A stretch of 64,000 bases of DNA from IMG/VR virus record IMGVR_UViG_3300006810_000035, positions 7,929 through 71,928 of that record. One strand, 5' to 3'. The notes beneath the pieces were generated by a model. It worked only from the letters and a program-made list of their open reading frames with translations, did no database searches and was not told where the DNA came from. This document shows positions 55,993-64,000 of this stretch, in pieces; position 1 is the first letter of the stretch; the number at the start of each line of letters is the position of its first letter. The translations under genes were made by a program, and so were the position numbers. The DNA comes from a virus.

Positions 55993-56730
55993 TTAATCTA
56001 TATATATTTGACTCCAATCTACCTTAATATTTCCATTGTCATCACCTTCAGCAAGAGTCACCTCTTTACCTCTTAAATGATTACATCTAGAACCACAAAG
56101 TACTTCATCTGAACTTGCAAAGTTCACTAATGTTTTATTACCATCTCTATGTAAATAACCAATAGCATCTGCATCTGCACATACAATAGATTTAAGCTTA
56201 CCTGTTAAATCTAAATCTTTAGCATTAACTTCTTTACCCTTAGAGTTAATCATCTTGTCTTTAAGATGTCCGATAAGAATAACATTGTCAGCTAATGACT
56301 CTAATCTAGCTAAAACCTTTAAAAATGCTTTCCTAAGATATAAATAACCTGCACCATTTGGTAATATTAATACATCTGAACCTTTAAAGTTTTTACCCAT
56401 AGGTGTAGCTTTATATAATTTTAAAGCTAATGGTAATACCATTTCTTCTAATTTAGTAATAGTATCAATAGTGATAAACTTATAAGGTTTACCTGCTTCT
56501 TCAATAGCTTTAGCTATATCCATTAATTCATTCAAACTATTAGCTTGAACTTTCATTGCATCTACATACTCACTACCATTTTCTAAATCAATTAAAAGAT
56601 TATTCTCTAGTTCTGCAACCACTGTGGTCTTACCCATCTTTGGTGGAGCATATAATACTAATTTACTAGGATCTTTCTTCACTGATTTAATTTTTGTAGT
56701 GGGTAATACAATTTCTGCTGTCTCACTCAT
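55993..56730 (-). CDS. AAA_24 / Sak4-like recombination ATPase
   Basis: PPKMGKTT, IDLE.G, IDTIT, LIGH.KD and DAIGY. Confidence 0.85.
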   Translation of the reverse strand: MSETAEIVLPTTKIKSVKKDPSKLVLYAPPKMGKTTVVAELENNLLIDLENGSEYVDAMKVQANSLNELMDIAKAIEEAGKPYKFITIDTITKLEEMVLPLALKLYKATPMGKNFKGSDVLILPNGAGYLYLRKAFLKVLARLESLADNVILIGHLKDKMINSKGKEVNAKDLDLTGKLKSIVCADADAIGYLHRDGNKTLVNFASSDEVLCGSRCNHLRGKEVTLAEGDDNGNIKVDWSQIYID

Positions 56731-56753
56731 CTTTCTCTCCTTTTTTCATTTAT

Positions 56754-57047
56754 TTAAAATAATATATTTGATTCTTCTAATTCTTTTTGAAGATTTGCTA
56801 AGGCTCTCCAAGCTACTTTTGTGCTATGCCTAATTCCATCATCATCTATTTCACCAGCTTGAATTAAATGTCTTGTAAGAGAATCTAATTCATTACCTGA
56901 TTTACTTCTATCCCATTCTAATGGTTTATCAGGATTATGTTGTTTTTGTCCAGCAACACTACATCTAGAAATTTCTATTATAGCATCAGGAAAATACTTT
57001 AATACTCCATTGTATACAGGATAATCTTTTCTATTATCTTTATTCAT
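56754..57047 (-). CDS. dATP/dGTP diphosphohydrolase-domain protein (DUF5664)
   Basis: YFPDA, G..QHNP..PL.WDR.KS..ELD.L.RH and VAWRALA.LQ. Confidence 0.75.
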   Translation of the reverse strand: MNKDNRKDYPVYNGVLKYFPDAIIEISRCSVAGQKQHNPDKPLEWDRSKSGNELDSLTRHLIQAGEIDDDGIRHSTKVAWRALANLQKELEESNILF

Positions 57048-57050
57048 AAT

Positions 57051-58193
57051 TTATTTAATTCTTCCGTTTAATATATCAGCTTGATTATGATACCAATCCA
57101 TATTTTCAGTAGATCTAGGTAGCTCTTTAAACCTATTAGATGCACCATCAAATAAAAAATGATGATACTTATTAGGTGGAGCAAATCTATTCTTTAAAAC
57201 TTTAATAGCTCTAAAAGAATCTCTGAATTTCTTTATGTTGTAACCATGATATTCAGCATAATCATATCTATCTGGACTATATACTCCTAATATTACTTTA
57301 GCATCACGCTGTATTTCTTTATTATTTGCAAATCCAGCTAAAGATGGTTCAGTCTTCTTTTGAATACTTAATCCATTATTTGAAAATTGTTCCTTTTCTC
57401 CTGATTGTTCTTGTTGTATAATATTAACACAAGCCCAGTTCCAATGTTTAGTTAATTGTTTTAAGCAATAATTGGTACTCCATTGAGCCATGGCATTATG
57501 TAAATTACCTTCATTTTCAGGTTTTAATAATGACATATGATCAACAACTGCTATAACTACTTGATTAGGGTCATTAGGAACATAATGAGAATAAACTTTT
57601 ACTTTCTCAGATACTATTTCACCATTAGACTTTCTTTTAGTAAATACTCTATCTTCATATATATGCTTACCATTTTTATCTGCAAAGTCTCTACAATATT
57701 TATATATACCCGTTGGATTATATACAGAATCTATTATCTCTACATTTTCAAGCATCTTTTCTATTGGTTCAATATATTTCTCAATTAAAGACATTGTTTC
57801 ATCATCTAATGATTCTTCTCTATATCCTTGTAATGTTAATATATCCAATTTGATTTTACAATGTATAGATATATAGTTACAAATCATAGTATCTATAAAT
57901 TCCTTTTCTGATTCTTCTAATGCAAAATATAATATTTTTAAATTTATATCATGTTTTGCAGCATACATCAATGGTTCTCTAACAGCTAGAGCTTTAGCTA
58001 CTTGTGTTTTACCAACTCCTGATGCAGCAGTTATCATAGTTATCATTCCTGGAACTACTCCTGGTACAGATTTAGATAATTTAGGATAATTTTCAAAAGG
58101 TATGCAAAATATCTTACCAGATTCCTTTGATTCCTTTATTCTCCTTATCCCCTTTACTCTCTCCTCTACCTTCCCTACTTTTTCTTCCATCAC
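57051..58193 (-). CDS. dnaB: DnaB-like replicative helicase
   Basis: AASGVGKT, YFALEE, VVDH..L, QQ, QRDA and KNRF. Confidence 0.85.
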   Translation of the reverse strand: MMEEKVGKVEERVKGIRRIKESKESGKIFCIPFENYPKLSKSVPGVVPGMITMITAASGVGKTQVAKALAVREPLMYAAKHDINLKILYFALEESEKEFIDTMICNYISIHCKIKLDILTLQGYREESLDDETMSLIEKYIEPIEKMLENVEIIDSVYNPTGIYKYCRDFADKNGKHIYEDRVFTKRKSNGEIVSEKVKVYSHYVPNDPNQVVIAVVDHMSLLKPENEGNLHNAMAQWSTNYCLKQLTKHWNWACVNIIQQEQSGEKEQFSNNGLSIQKKTEPSLAGFANNKEIQRDAKVILGVYSPDRYDYAEYHGYNIKKFRDSFRAIKVLKNRFAPPNKYHHFLFDGASNRFKELPRSTENMDWYHNQADILNGRIK

Positions 58194-58780
58194 ATATAGT
58201 CTTCATTTTCATAATTATTATTAATTTGTTCATCTAATAAATATTCATACTTATCATAATCAGCTTGGTTTAACCATACTTCCATAGCGTGCATGTATTG
58301 TAAATTACCAGAGTCTCTTCTCATTTTAACCTCTGCTTCTAATACATTTATTATAGTCCTATGTTTACTAGGATCTGATTTAATTATACTTATATATTTA
58401 TCTTTTATTTTTTTATTACGAACTGAATCAGGATTTCCAATTTTCAATGGTCTAGTTCCTCCATTTCTAGCAGGAACCTTTAAGGGAAACTTACCAAGAA
58501 ATTCTAACCATTTTATTTCTAATGTATCTGATTTAAATAAATCTATACCCTTTTGTCTAAGTTCAAAAGTCCTATGTCCAGTTATTTTTATAAATCCCTC
58601 CTTCTCTAAATATTCTAAAGCTGCATCATCTTCTAATAGCATTGCTTGAACTTCATCGGGTAACTTATAATTACCCATAAATTTCCAATGCAACAGTAGA
58701 TATAAATCAGCTGTTAGCTTATTTTCTGAGAGACAAGAGATCCTGATAGTAACCTCAGTTACTATAAGTTCCTTATCCAT
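58190..58780 (-). CDS. Putative replication initiator / helicase loader (wHTH)
   Basis: LE..GFIKI, F...FP.KV...R.L and YM...EVWLNQ; couples to dnaB. Confidence 0.55.
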   Translation of the reverse strand: MDKELIVTEVTIRISCLSENKLTADLYLLLHWKFMGNYKLPDEVQAMLLEDDAALEYLEKEGFIKITGHRTFELRQKGIDLFKSDTLEIKWLEFLGKFPLKVPARNGGTRPLKIGNPDSVRNKKIKDKYISIIKSDPSKHRTIINVLEAEVKMRRDSGNLQYMHAMEVWLNQADYDKYEYLLDEQINNNYENEDYM

Positions 58781-58792
58781 AAATTTAATTGA

Positions 58793-58966
58793 TTAATTGT
58801 AATTAATAGTGCTTAGATACGCTTCATTCTCCTCTCTTGTTGCTTCACCTGTACCATTACAAGTTTCACAAGGTTTAAATGTGTCATTCAAACCATCATA
58901 TATGTCTTTAGCTCCAAAACAAGCTATACACATAGTTAAATCATCGTGGTTATCTAAGTTATTCAT
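58793..58966 (-). CDS. Small DnaJ-type zinc-finger protein (57 aa)
   Basis: MNNLDNHDDLTMCIACFGAK...KPCETCNGTGE... Confidence 0.6.
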   Translation of the reverse strand: MNNLDNHDDLTMCIACFGAKDIYDGLNDTFKPCETCNGTGEATREENEAYLSTINYN

Positions 58967-58970
58967 AGTG

Positions 58971-59002
58971 TAAAATTACTGATAATATATCTATTACACA
59001 AA
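58971..59002 (-). promoter_or_regulatory. Variant Bacteroidota-type promoter
   Basis: On the - strand: TTTG, 20 nt, TAATTTTA (one mismatch to TAnnTTTG). It sits almost directly on the zinc-finger ATG. Confidence 0.4.
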
Positions 59003-59138
59003 TATATTTAATAACTAGACTAATTACACCAAATCATTGGGAAATGTAATTAAATTCCATTATTAAAATAGTTTATTGAATAAATAATATCAAGTTTCTT
59101 CTTTTTCTTTCATAAATTTAGTTTTAATTAATAGTTAT

Positions 59139-59423
59139 TCAATGATTTAATCTGAATAGTTCATCTTTATAATAAATTTGTTTTCTTGATTCTGTTTCAT
59201 AGTCTTCATCTAAAATTAAATTATTCATACTAAAGAATAATTCTAAATCAGCGGGTTGACAATCAACATCAAAATTTTCAGATACTAATTTAGATAAAGT
59301 ACACATGCTAGGCATTTCCTCTAGTGGTGAATCTTCTTCAATAAGTTTTATAAATAATCCTAATTGAGATTGTTTAACTCTATCAACATTCTTTTCAATA
59401 ACTTTTAATTTTGGTTTAGTCAT
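59139..59423 (-). CDS. Hypothetical protein
   Basis: 94-aa ORF. Confidence 0.55.
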   Translation of the reverse strand: MTKPKLKVIEKNVDRVKQSQLGLFIKLIEEDSPLEEMPSMCTLSKLVSENFDVDCQPADLELFFSMNNLILDEDYETESRKQIYYKDELFRLNH

Positions 59424-59433
59424 AGTTTAAATT

Positions 59434-60567
59434 TTACTTATATTGAATCAATGGGGTTAATTCCCCTAAATTTTTAAGTTCTACTGCATTTACTTTAGCT
59501 TGAGATGTTTTTATCCATTTTTCTTCTTGTGTATCTTTACAATACAATCTTATTATTATAGCATGTTTACCATCTTCTCCAAGTCTAATACATCTACCAA
59601 CACGTTGGTTCATTTGTTTTACAGTACTTGAATTAGAAGCTATTAAACTATAACTTAATCTAGGTATATTAACACCTTCATCTAATGTTTTAGCTGAAGA
59701 TAGTATTTTAACCTTTGTACGACCATCAGCGAAGCGTTTTAAGAAGCTTACTCTATTTTTCTTAGTTATACCACTATGATGAGGTAAACATCTGTCACCA
59801 AGCTTATTTGCAACTTTATCAGAATAATCTTTAGTCATACTAAATATTACTCCGTGATCATCTTTTCCAAATAGTTCAGTAATCTTTTTTATTAATCTCA
59901 TTTTAGATTTAGCATTATACAATATCTCTTTTCTAGCAGAAATATTTTTCCAACTATGAACTCCATAATTTTCCCATGCTATTCTGATTTTAGAAGATAA
60001 ATAATTATAATCTTTTCTTTCTTTATCATTTAATTCAACTGGTATATTATAAACTGTAAATTCACTTACTAATCCTAATTCAACAGCTTCATATAAACTT
60101 AATGTATAACATATTGGAGCTATGCCATTAATGAAATCAATTAGATTATCCTCTATAGTGGCTGACAATCCTAATATTTTATCATATTTATTATTCTTAA
60201 AGAATTTACTATTTATAGTACCTTTAATATAGTTATGTATTTCATCAGCTATTACAAAATCATATTTTTGATTTTTAAACTTTCTTGCTGTATTTATACA
60301 TTCTACTTGTACACATTCTTTGAATACTTTTGAATGCTTCCACTTTTTAAATTCTTTTTCCCATTCATGTTTTAAAGTATTGTTTGGAACTATTATTAAT
60401 ATCTTATAGTTATAATCTGCATTTACTGCAAACCTTACTGCTGCTAGAATTGCACAACGAGTTTTACCAAATCCCGTTGCACATTCTGCAGTACCTATAT
60501 ATTTATTCTTACGCCAAGCGTTAAGAACATCTCTTTGTATTTTATCTTTCGCTTGATTTATATTCAT
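59434..60567 (-). CDS. SF2 DEAD/DEAH-like helicase
   Basis: ATGFGKT, DEIH, GLSAT, LDEG.N.P and QRVGR.IR. Confidence 0.88.
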   Translation of the reverse strand: MNINQAKDKIQRDVLNAWRKNKYIGTAECATGFGKTRCAILAAVRFAVNADYNYKILIIVPNNTLKHEWEKEFKKWKHSKVFKECVQVECINTARKFKNQKYDFVIADEIHNYIKGTINSKFFKNNKYDKILGLSATIEDNLIDFINGIAPICYTLSLYEAVELGLVSEFTVYNIPVELNDKERKDYNYLSSKIRIAWENYGVHSWKNISARKEILYNAKSKMRLIKKITELFGKDDHGVIFSMTKDYSDKVANKLGDRCLPHHSGITKKNRVSFLKRFADGRTKVKILSSAKTLDEGVNIPRLSYSLIASNSSTVKQMNQRVGRCIRLGEDGKHAIIIRLYCKDTQEEKWIKTSQAKVNAVELKNLGELTPLIQYK

Positions 60568-60572
60568 AATAT

Positions 60573-62561
60573 CTATTCTAAGTCTATTAATTTATTTATT
60601 TCTTGTATATAATAATTATATGATAAGTCATATTCTTCATCAACATACTTATTAAATAAAGTACATTTCCAACCTGCTTCAATATTAGTTTCTCTATTTT
60701 TAGGTTCAACTAATACATCATCTTCAATAATATCAAATATATCCATTTGATTAGGATTCTTCTCCTTAAACTTATCAGTTTTAGTTAAATAATTCTTTTC
60801 TAATGGTGGTAATATTTTAATTAGTTGATCACCTTCTTTAGATACATAATATCTATTAGTTTTACCTAATTTATAATCAACCTGGTTAGCAAGATGTGTA
60901 ACTCTTCTATATAGTCTATTATTACCTTTCATTTTAGAACCTATACAAAAATCATATATACCATAGTTCTCAGCAAATGAATATTCATATCCATTTAAAT
61001 GCTGTTTTAAGCTTATCTGAGGTTCTATATTATTAATAAAGTAATTAGCTGCAGAAAGAGCTACAATTCTCTTAGAATGATTCTTATGATAGTCTCTATC
61101 TATTTCATAAACTCCTTTAAATTTATATTTTAAATGATTACCATCTTCATCAATAATAAAAGCAATATAATTATTTACATCTCTAAATACAATTCTACTG
61201 TAATTAGTATCTTCTAATATATATTGAGTATCTTTTTCCCATTGTTTATGTAATTCATCTATTTCTAATTTTTTAGCTTTATTATAATAAACAACAACAC
61301 CATCAGTATTAGCTGATATAATTTTACAACCAGCCATATATAATTGTTCTATAAGCATTAATAGAGATAACTGTCCTTTAAATGTAGTTTTCATAATAAC
61401 CATTGGGTCATATTGCCAACTATATAGAGAACCTGTTTTACCATATCCACCACCATTCATAGCTAATTTAAAAGCTTCTTGTTTAGAATTAATATATTTA
61501 TACTCACTAGAACCTTTTTTTAATTTCTTTAATTGTGGTTTTAATTTAAATGACCTTTCATCAAATAATTGTTTTATACCCATATACCATTCTTTTCCTA
61601 AATGTCTTGGATAATATTTACCATTAATGATAGATGCTGGATACATTGAACCAACATCTTTTTCTTGTAGTATATGATCATCATCACATTTTATATCCCT
61701 TGGTGTATCAACTGAATGTAATCCACCTTTGGCAAATTTTATTTCTATTCCGGCAAATGTTAAATGTCTTTCAAAATCTTCATCAGATTTAAAAGAACAT
61801 TGTCTAATTTCATTTAAGAAATTATTAAGATAATCACTTTTAAATGTAATATAATCAGGAATTAAATCATTAACATTAAAACTTTTTCTATAAGTTCTAA
61901 GTTTTTTAAAATCATAATAATTTCTTTTAGAAATCTTTTCATATGTTTTTCTATTTATATATTCACCAATCTTTACATCTGAATAATTCATTACATTATA
62001 ACCCAATTCTTTAGTCATGTTAACTCTAAATTGGATATTATCTAATGATTTGTTATAAAACATTTCTGTTGCTAATATATCATTTCTACAATAAGATATT
62101 ACTTCATCTTTTTGATCATCATTTAGTACTGTTTCAGGTTCGTATGGTAAATCTTCTATACTTTCCATTCTCATAGCAAATTCAAGCCATTTAAGAGATG
62201 TTTGTCTAGCCATATTATCATAATGCCATATCTTATATAAATCTAATTGTGGCACTTTAGTATCTTTATTCCAAATAGCTGAATAATCAGAACTAATAAT
62301 AGACTGAACTTCTTCAAATATTTCTTCTGCAGTCCAATTGTTATTGTTTGATAGTATAGTATTGTGTAATACAGGGTAATCAAAACTTATATTATTAAAA
62401 CCAATACATTTAGGTTTTGTATTTAAAAACTCTCTAAGTTGTTTAATATCATTTCTTCTATCTGATATTTCAAACTCTAACCATTTATCCTTACCAACTA
62501 ATTTAAATGTAGCTAAGAAAAAAGATTTAAAAGTTTCTAAATCATAAATATATTTCTTCAT
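60573..62561 (-). CDS. polB: Family B DNA polymerase (crAss-like) with 3'-5' exonuclease
   Basis: YDLET, GFNN..FD, YC.ND, DVGSMYP, KLAMNG..YGK and NTDG. Confidence 0.92.
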   Translation of the reverse strand: MKKYIYDLETFKSFFLATFKLVGKDKWLEFEISDRRNDIKQLREFLNTKPKCIGFNNISFDYPVLHNTILSNNNNWTAEEIFEEVQSIISSDYSAIWNKDTKVPQLDLYKIWHYDNMARQTSLKWLEFAMRMESIEDLPYEPETVLNDDQKDEVISYCRNDILATEMFYNKSLDNIQFRVNMTKELGYNVMNYSDVKIGEYINRKTYEKISKRNYYDFKKLRTYRKSFNVNDLIPDYITFKSDYLNNFLNEIRQCSFKSDEDFERHLTFAGIEIKFAKGGLHSVDTPRDIKCDDDHILQEKDVGSMYPASIINGKYYPRHLGKEWYMGIKQLFDERSFKLKPQLKKLKKGSSEYKYINSKQEAFKLAMNGGGYGKTGSLYSWQYDPMVIMKTTFKGQLSLLMLIEQLYMAGCKIISANTDGVVVYYNKAKKLEIDELHKQWEKDTQYILEDTNYSRIVFRDVNNYIAFIIDEDGNHLKYKFKGVYEIDRDYHKNHSKRIVALSAANYFINNIEPQISLKQHLNGYEYSFAENYGIYDFCIGSKMKGNNRLYRRVTHLANQVDYKLGKTNRYYVSKEGDQLIKILPPLEKNYLTKTDKFKEKNPNQMDIFDIIEDDVLVEPKNRETNIEAGWKCTLFNKYVDEEYDLSYNYYIQEINKLIDLE

Positions 62562-62576
62562 TTTAATAAGTTTTAA

Positions 62577-62768
62577 TTATAATTCTTTTTTATTTTTATA
62601 TTTATTTAATATAAATTGTACTTTTAAAATACATTCTTGTACTTTATAAGATAATCTCTTTAATTCTTCCCAATAATTTAACCCACAATACATACATACA
62701 GAGTCCTTACCTACTTTTTTATAAAAATGTATATTTCTATAACAACTTAATGGTTTATTTTCGTTCAT
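62577..62768 (-). CDS. Small Cys/His protein
   Basis: C...H.Y...CMYCG. Confidence 0.45.
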   Translation of the reverse strand: MNENKPLSCYRNIHFYKKVGKDSVCMYCGLNYWEELKRLSYKVQECILKVQFILNKYKNKKEL

Positions 62769-63319
62769 ATCTCTTTTATTGTTTTTTTAATTTATTTTTT
62801 AATTGTTGTATCTCAACGTCTTTTTGGTATATAAACTCTGATACAATTCTTCTTTTATTTCTCGGTAACAACATTAATATTTTTATAACTTCCTCTATCA
62901 TAATATTTTTTTTATATTTAACTCTTTTTATAAACGTATCTGTTTATTTAATTGTTTGTTTATTAATCTGTTTTATCTATTGAGTTAATATTTTAATCAC
63001 AATTAAAGTAAATATAATTCCACTTGCAAAACCTATCATACTACAAATAAAAAAGGCTTTATGTAATTTCTTCTCCATAATCTTATTGTTTATCTTGTTT
63101 GGTTAAACTTCTTTTAATCCATTTCACAAACTTCATAAAATAATTATACGCCAATATTACTAATACAATCAATATAATTAATCCTAATATTGATAGACCT
63201 ATTATATCCTTTAAAGTCCATACAAAAATGCTTAATACTTCCATAAATTCTTTTTTATTGTTTATACCCTATTTGTTTAAAATCTTTCCTTATTCTTTCC
63301 GCTTATCATATCCTTTATT

Positions 63320-63799
63320 TCTCTTTTATCACTCATAATCTATTTAGTTTTTAGCAGTTAATACTTTTCCAATTATTCTGTGCATATTGACAAAATAATC
63401 CGAAATGATTTTGCGTGTATTTTAATTTATCAATCCAGTTATCTTCATTGTTTTTATCACACTCACAATAAAATGAGTTTATTATTATTGTTTGCATATC
63501 TGAATTACCCTTATAAATATAATGCTTATCTAAATAGTTTTTTATTGCAAATTCTGTTTTATTCATAATATTTACTTTAAATTATACACCAAACAATCAT
63601 TGATATTATTACTATTACACCCCACACCACTATTTCTAACCACCAACTATAATTTTTCATAATAACTTTTTATTTAAGTAGTTATTTATTTTTGGTGCTG
63701 CCTTTTCATTATACCATATTAACGGCATTAGTATTATTAATAGTAAAGCCTTAAATACTTTCTTTATACTTATCTCTCTTTTATCACTCATAATCTATT
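63320..63799. repeat. 25-bp perfect direct repeat (63320-63344, 63775-63799) covering small-gene starts
   Basis: tctcttttatcactcataatctatt in both copies; reads AATAGATT-ATG AGT GAT AAA AGA (MSDKR) on the - strand. Confidence 0.85.
63351..63566 (-). CDS. Hypothetical early protein
   Basis: 71-aa ORF between the repeat copies. Confidence 0.45.
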   Translation of the reverse strand: MNKTEFAIKNYLDKHYIYKGNSDMQTIIINSFYCECDKNNEDNWIDKLKYTQNHFGLFCQYAQNNWKSINC

Positions 63800-64000
63800 G
63801 TTTTTGGTTTGGTGTTGTAGTTAATAAGCCTACTTGTGTTCGTGCCAATATTTTTCAGAATAGGTGCAAAAATCACTTCTATCCATTTTTTTATTTGCAT
63901 CCAATAGTTCATCTTCTCCAAAATCACATCTTCTGCATTTACATCCAATAAACTTCACTTCTTTATCTGCATAAGCACCCTTTATAAATATTGGCTCGTA

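Noticed and set aside
56754-57047. Z-genome (2-aminoadenine) or deazaguanine modification pathway implied by DUF5664
   Set aside because: No PurZ, DatZ, MazZ or Que/Dpd genes are present in the window, and this domain alone is common in phages.
41299-63568. Short + strand ORFs within the - arm (e.g. 50428..50775, 58293..58649)
   Set aside because: They are antisense shadows of well-supported - strand genes.
1-64000. Stop-codon reassignment (TAG/TGA), known in some crAss-like phages
   Set aside because: Genes tile densely under the standard code, including multi-kb ORFs. The only internal stop noticed is a single TAA, and I saw no suppressor tRNA.
1-64000. CRISPR array, tRNAs, integrase, IS elements, introns or inteins
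   Set aside because: No regularly spaced repeats, cloverleafs, recombinase/transposase motifs or intein signatures were noticed; PolB, DnaB and primase are uninterrupted. A tRNAscan or Infernal run would be needed to be certain.

Overview
This window is about 64 kb of a strongly AT-rich, lytic crAss-like (Crassvirales-type) phage genome, most likely infecting a Bacteroidota host, based on TTTG-N20-TAnnTTTG promoters. It has two convergent arms meeting at a terminator near 40.4 kb. The + arm (1-40400) carries tail/receptor-binding genes, a lysis cassette (DUF5675-type endolysin, holin- and spanin-like genes), a DEDD exonuclease, ring/IHF-like/muzzle tail genes, and very large virion 'cargo' genes. 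One cargo gene is a DFDID-type virion RNA polymerase, split by a -1 frame change at two A_AAA_AAG heptamers, whose C-terminal half carries AlkB-like and macro-like domains. The - arm (40439-64000) carries replication and early genes: PolB, SF2 and DnaB helicases, primase, SSB, Sak4-like ATPase, 5'-3' exonuclease, a divergent UDG, and a MoxR-VWA-nucleotidyltransferase-PrimPol cluster. The most interesting signals are the polyvalent, possibly frameshift-linked injected RNAP/cargo chain, a 6S-like structured element at 40631-40771, the MoxR-VWA-NTase module, and repeat-bounded cassettes. All calls come from motif reading only; no searches were run. Several frame breaks could be assembly errors.
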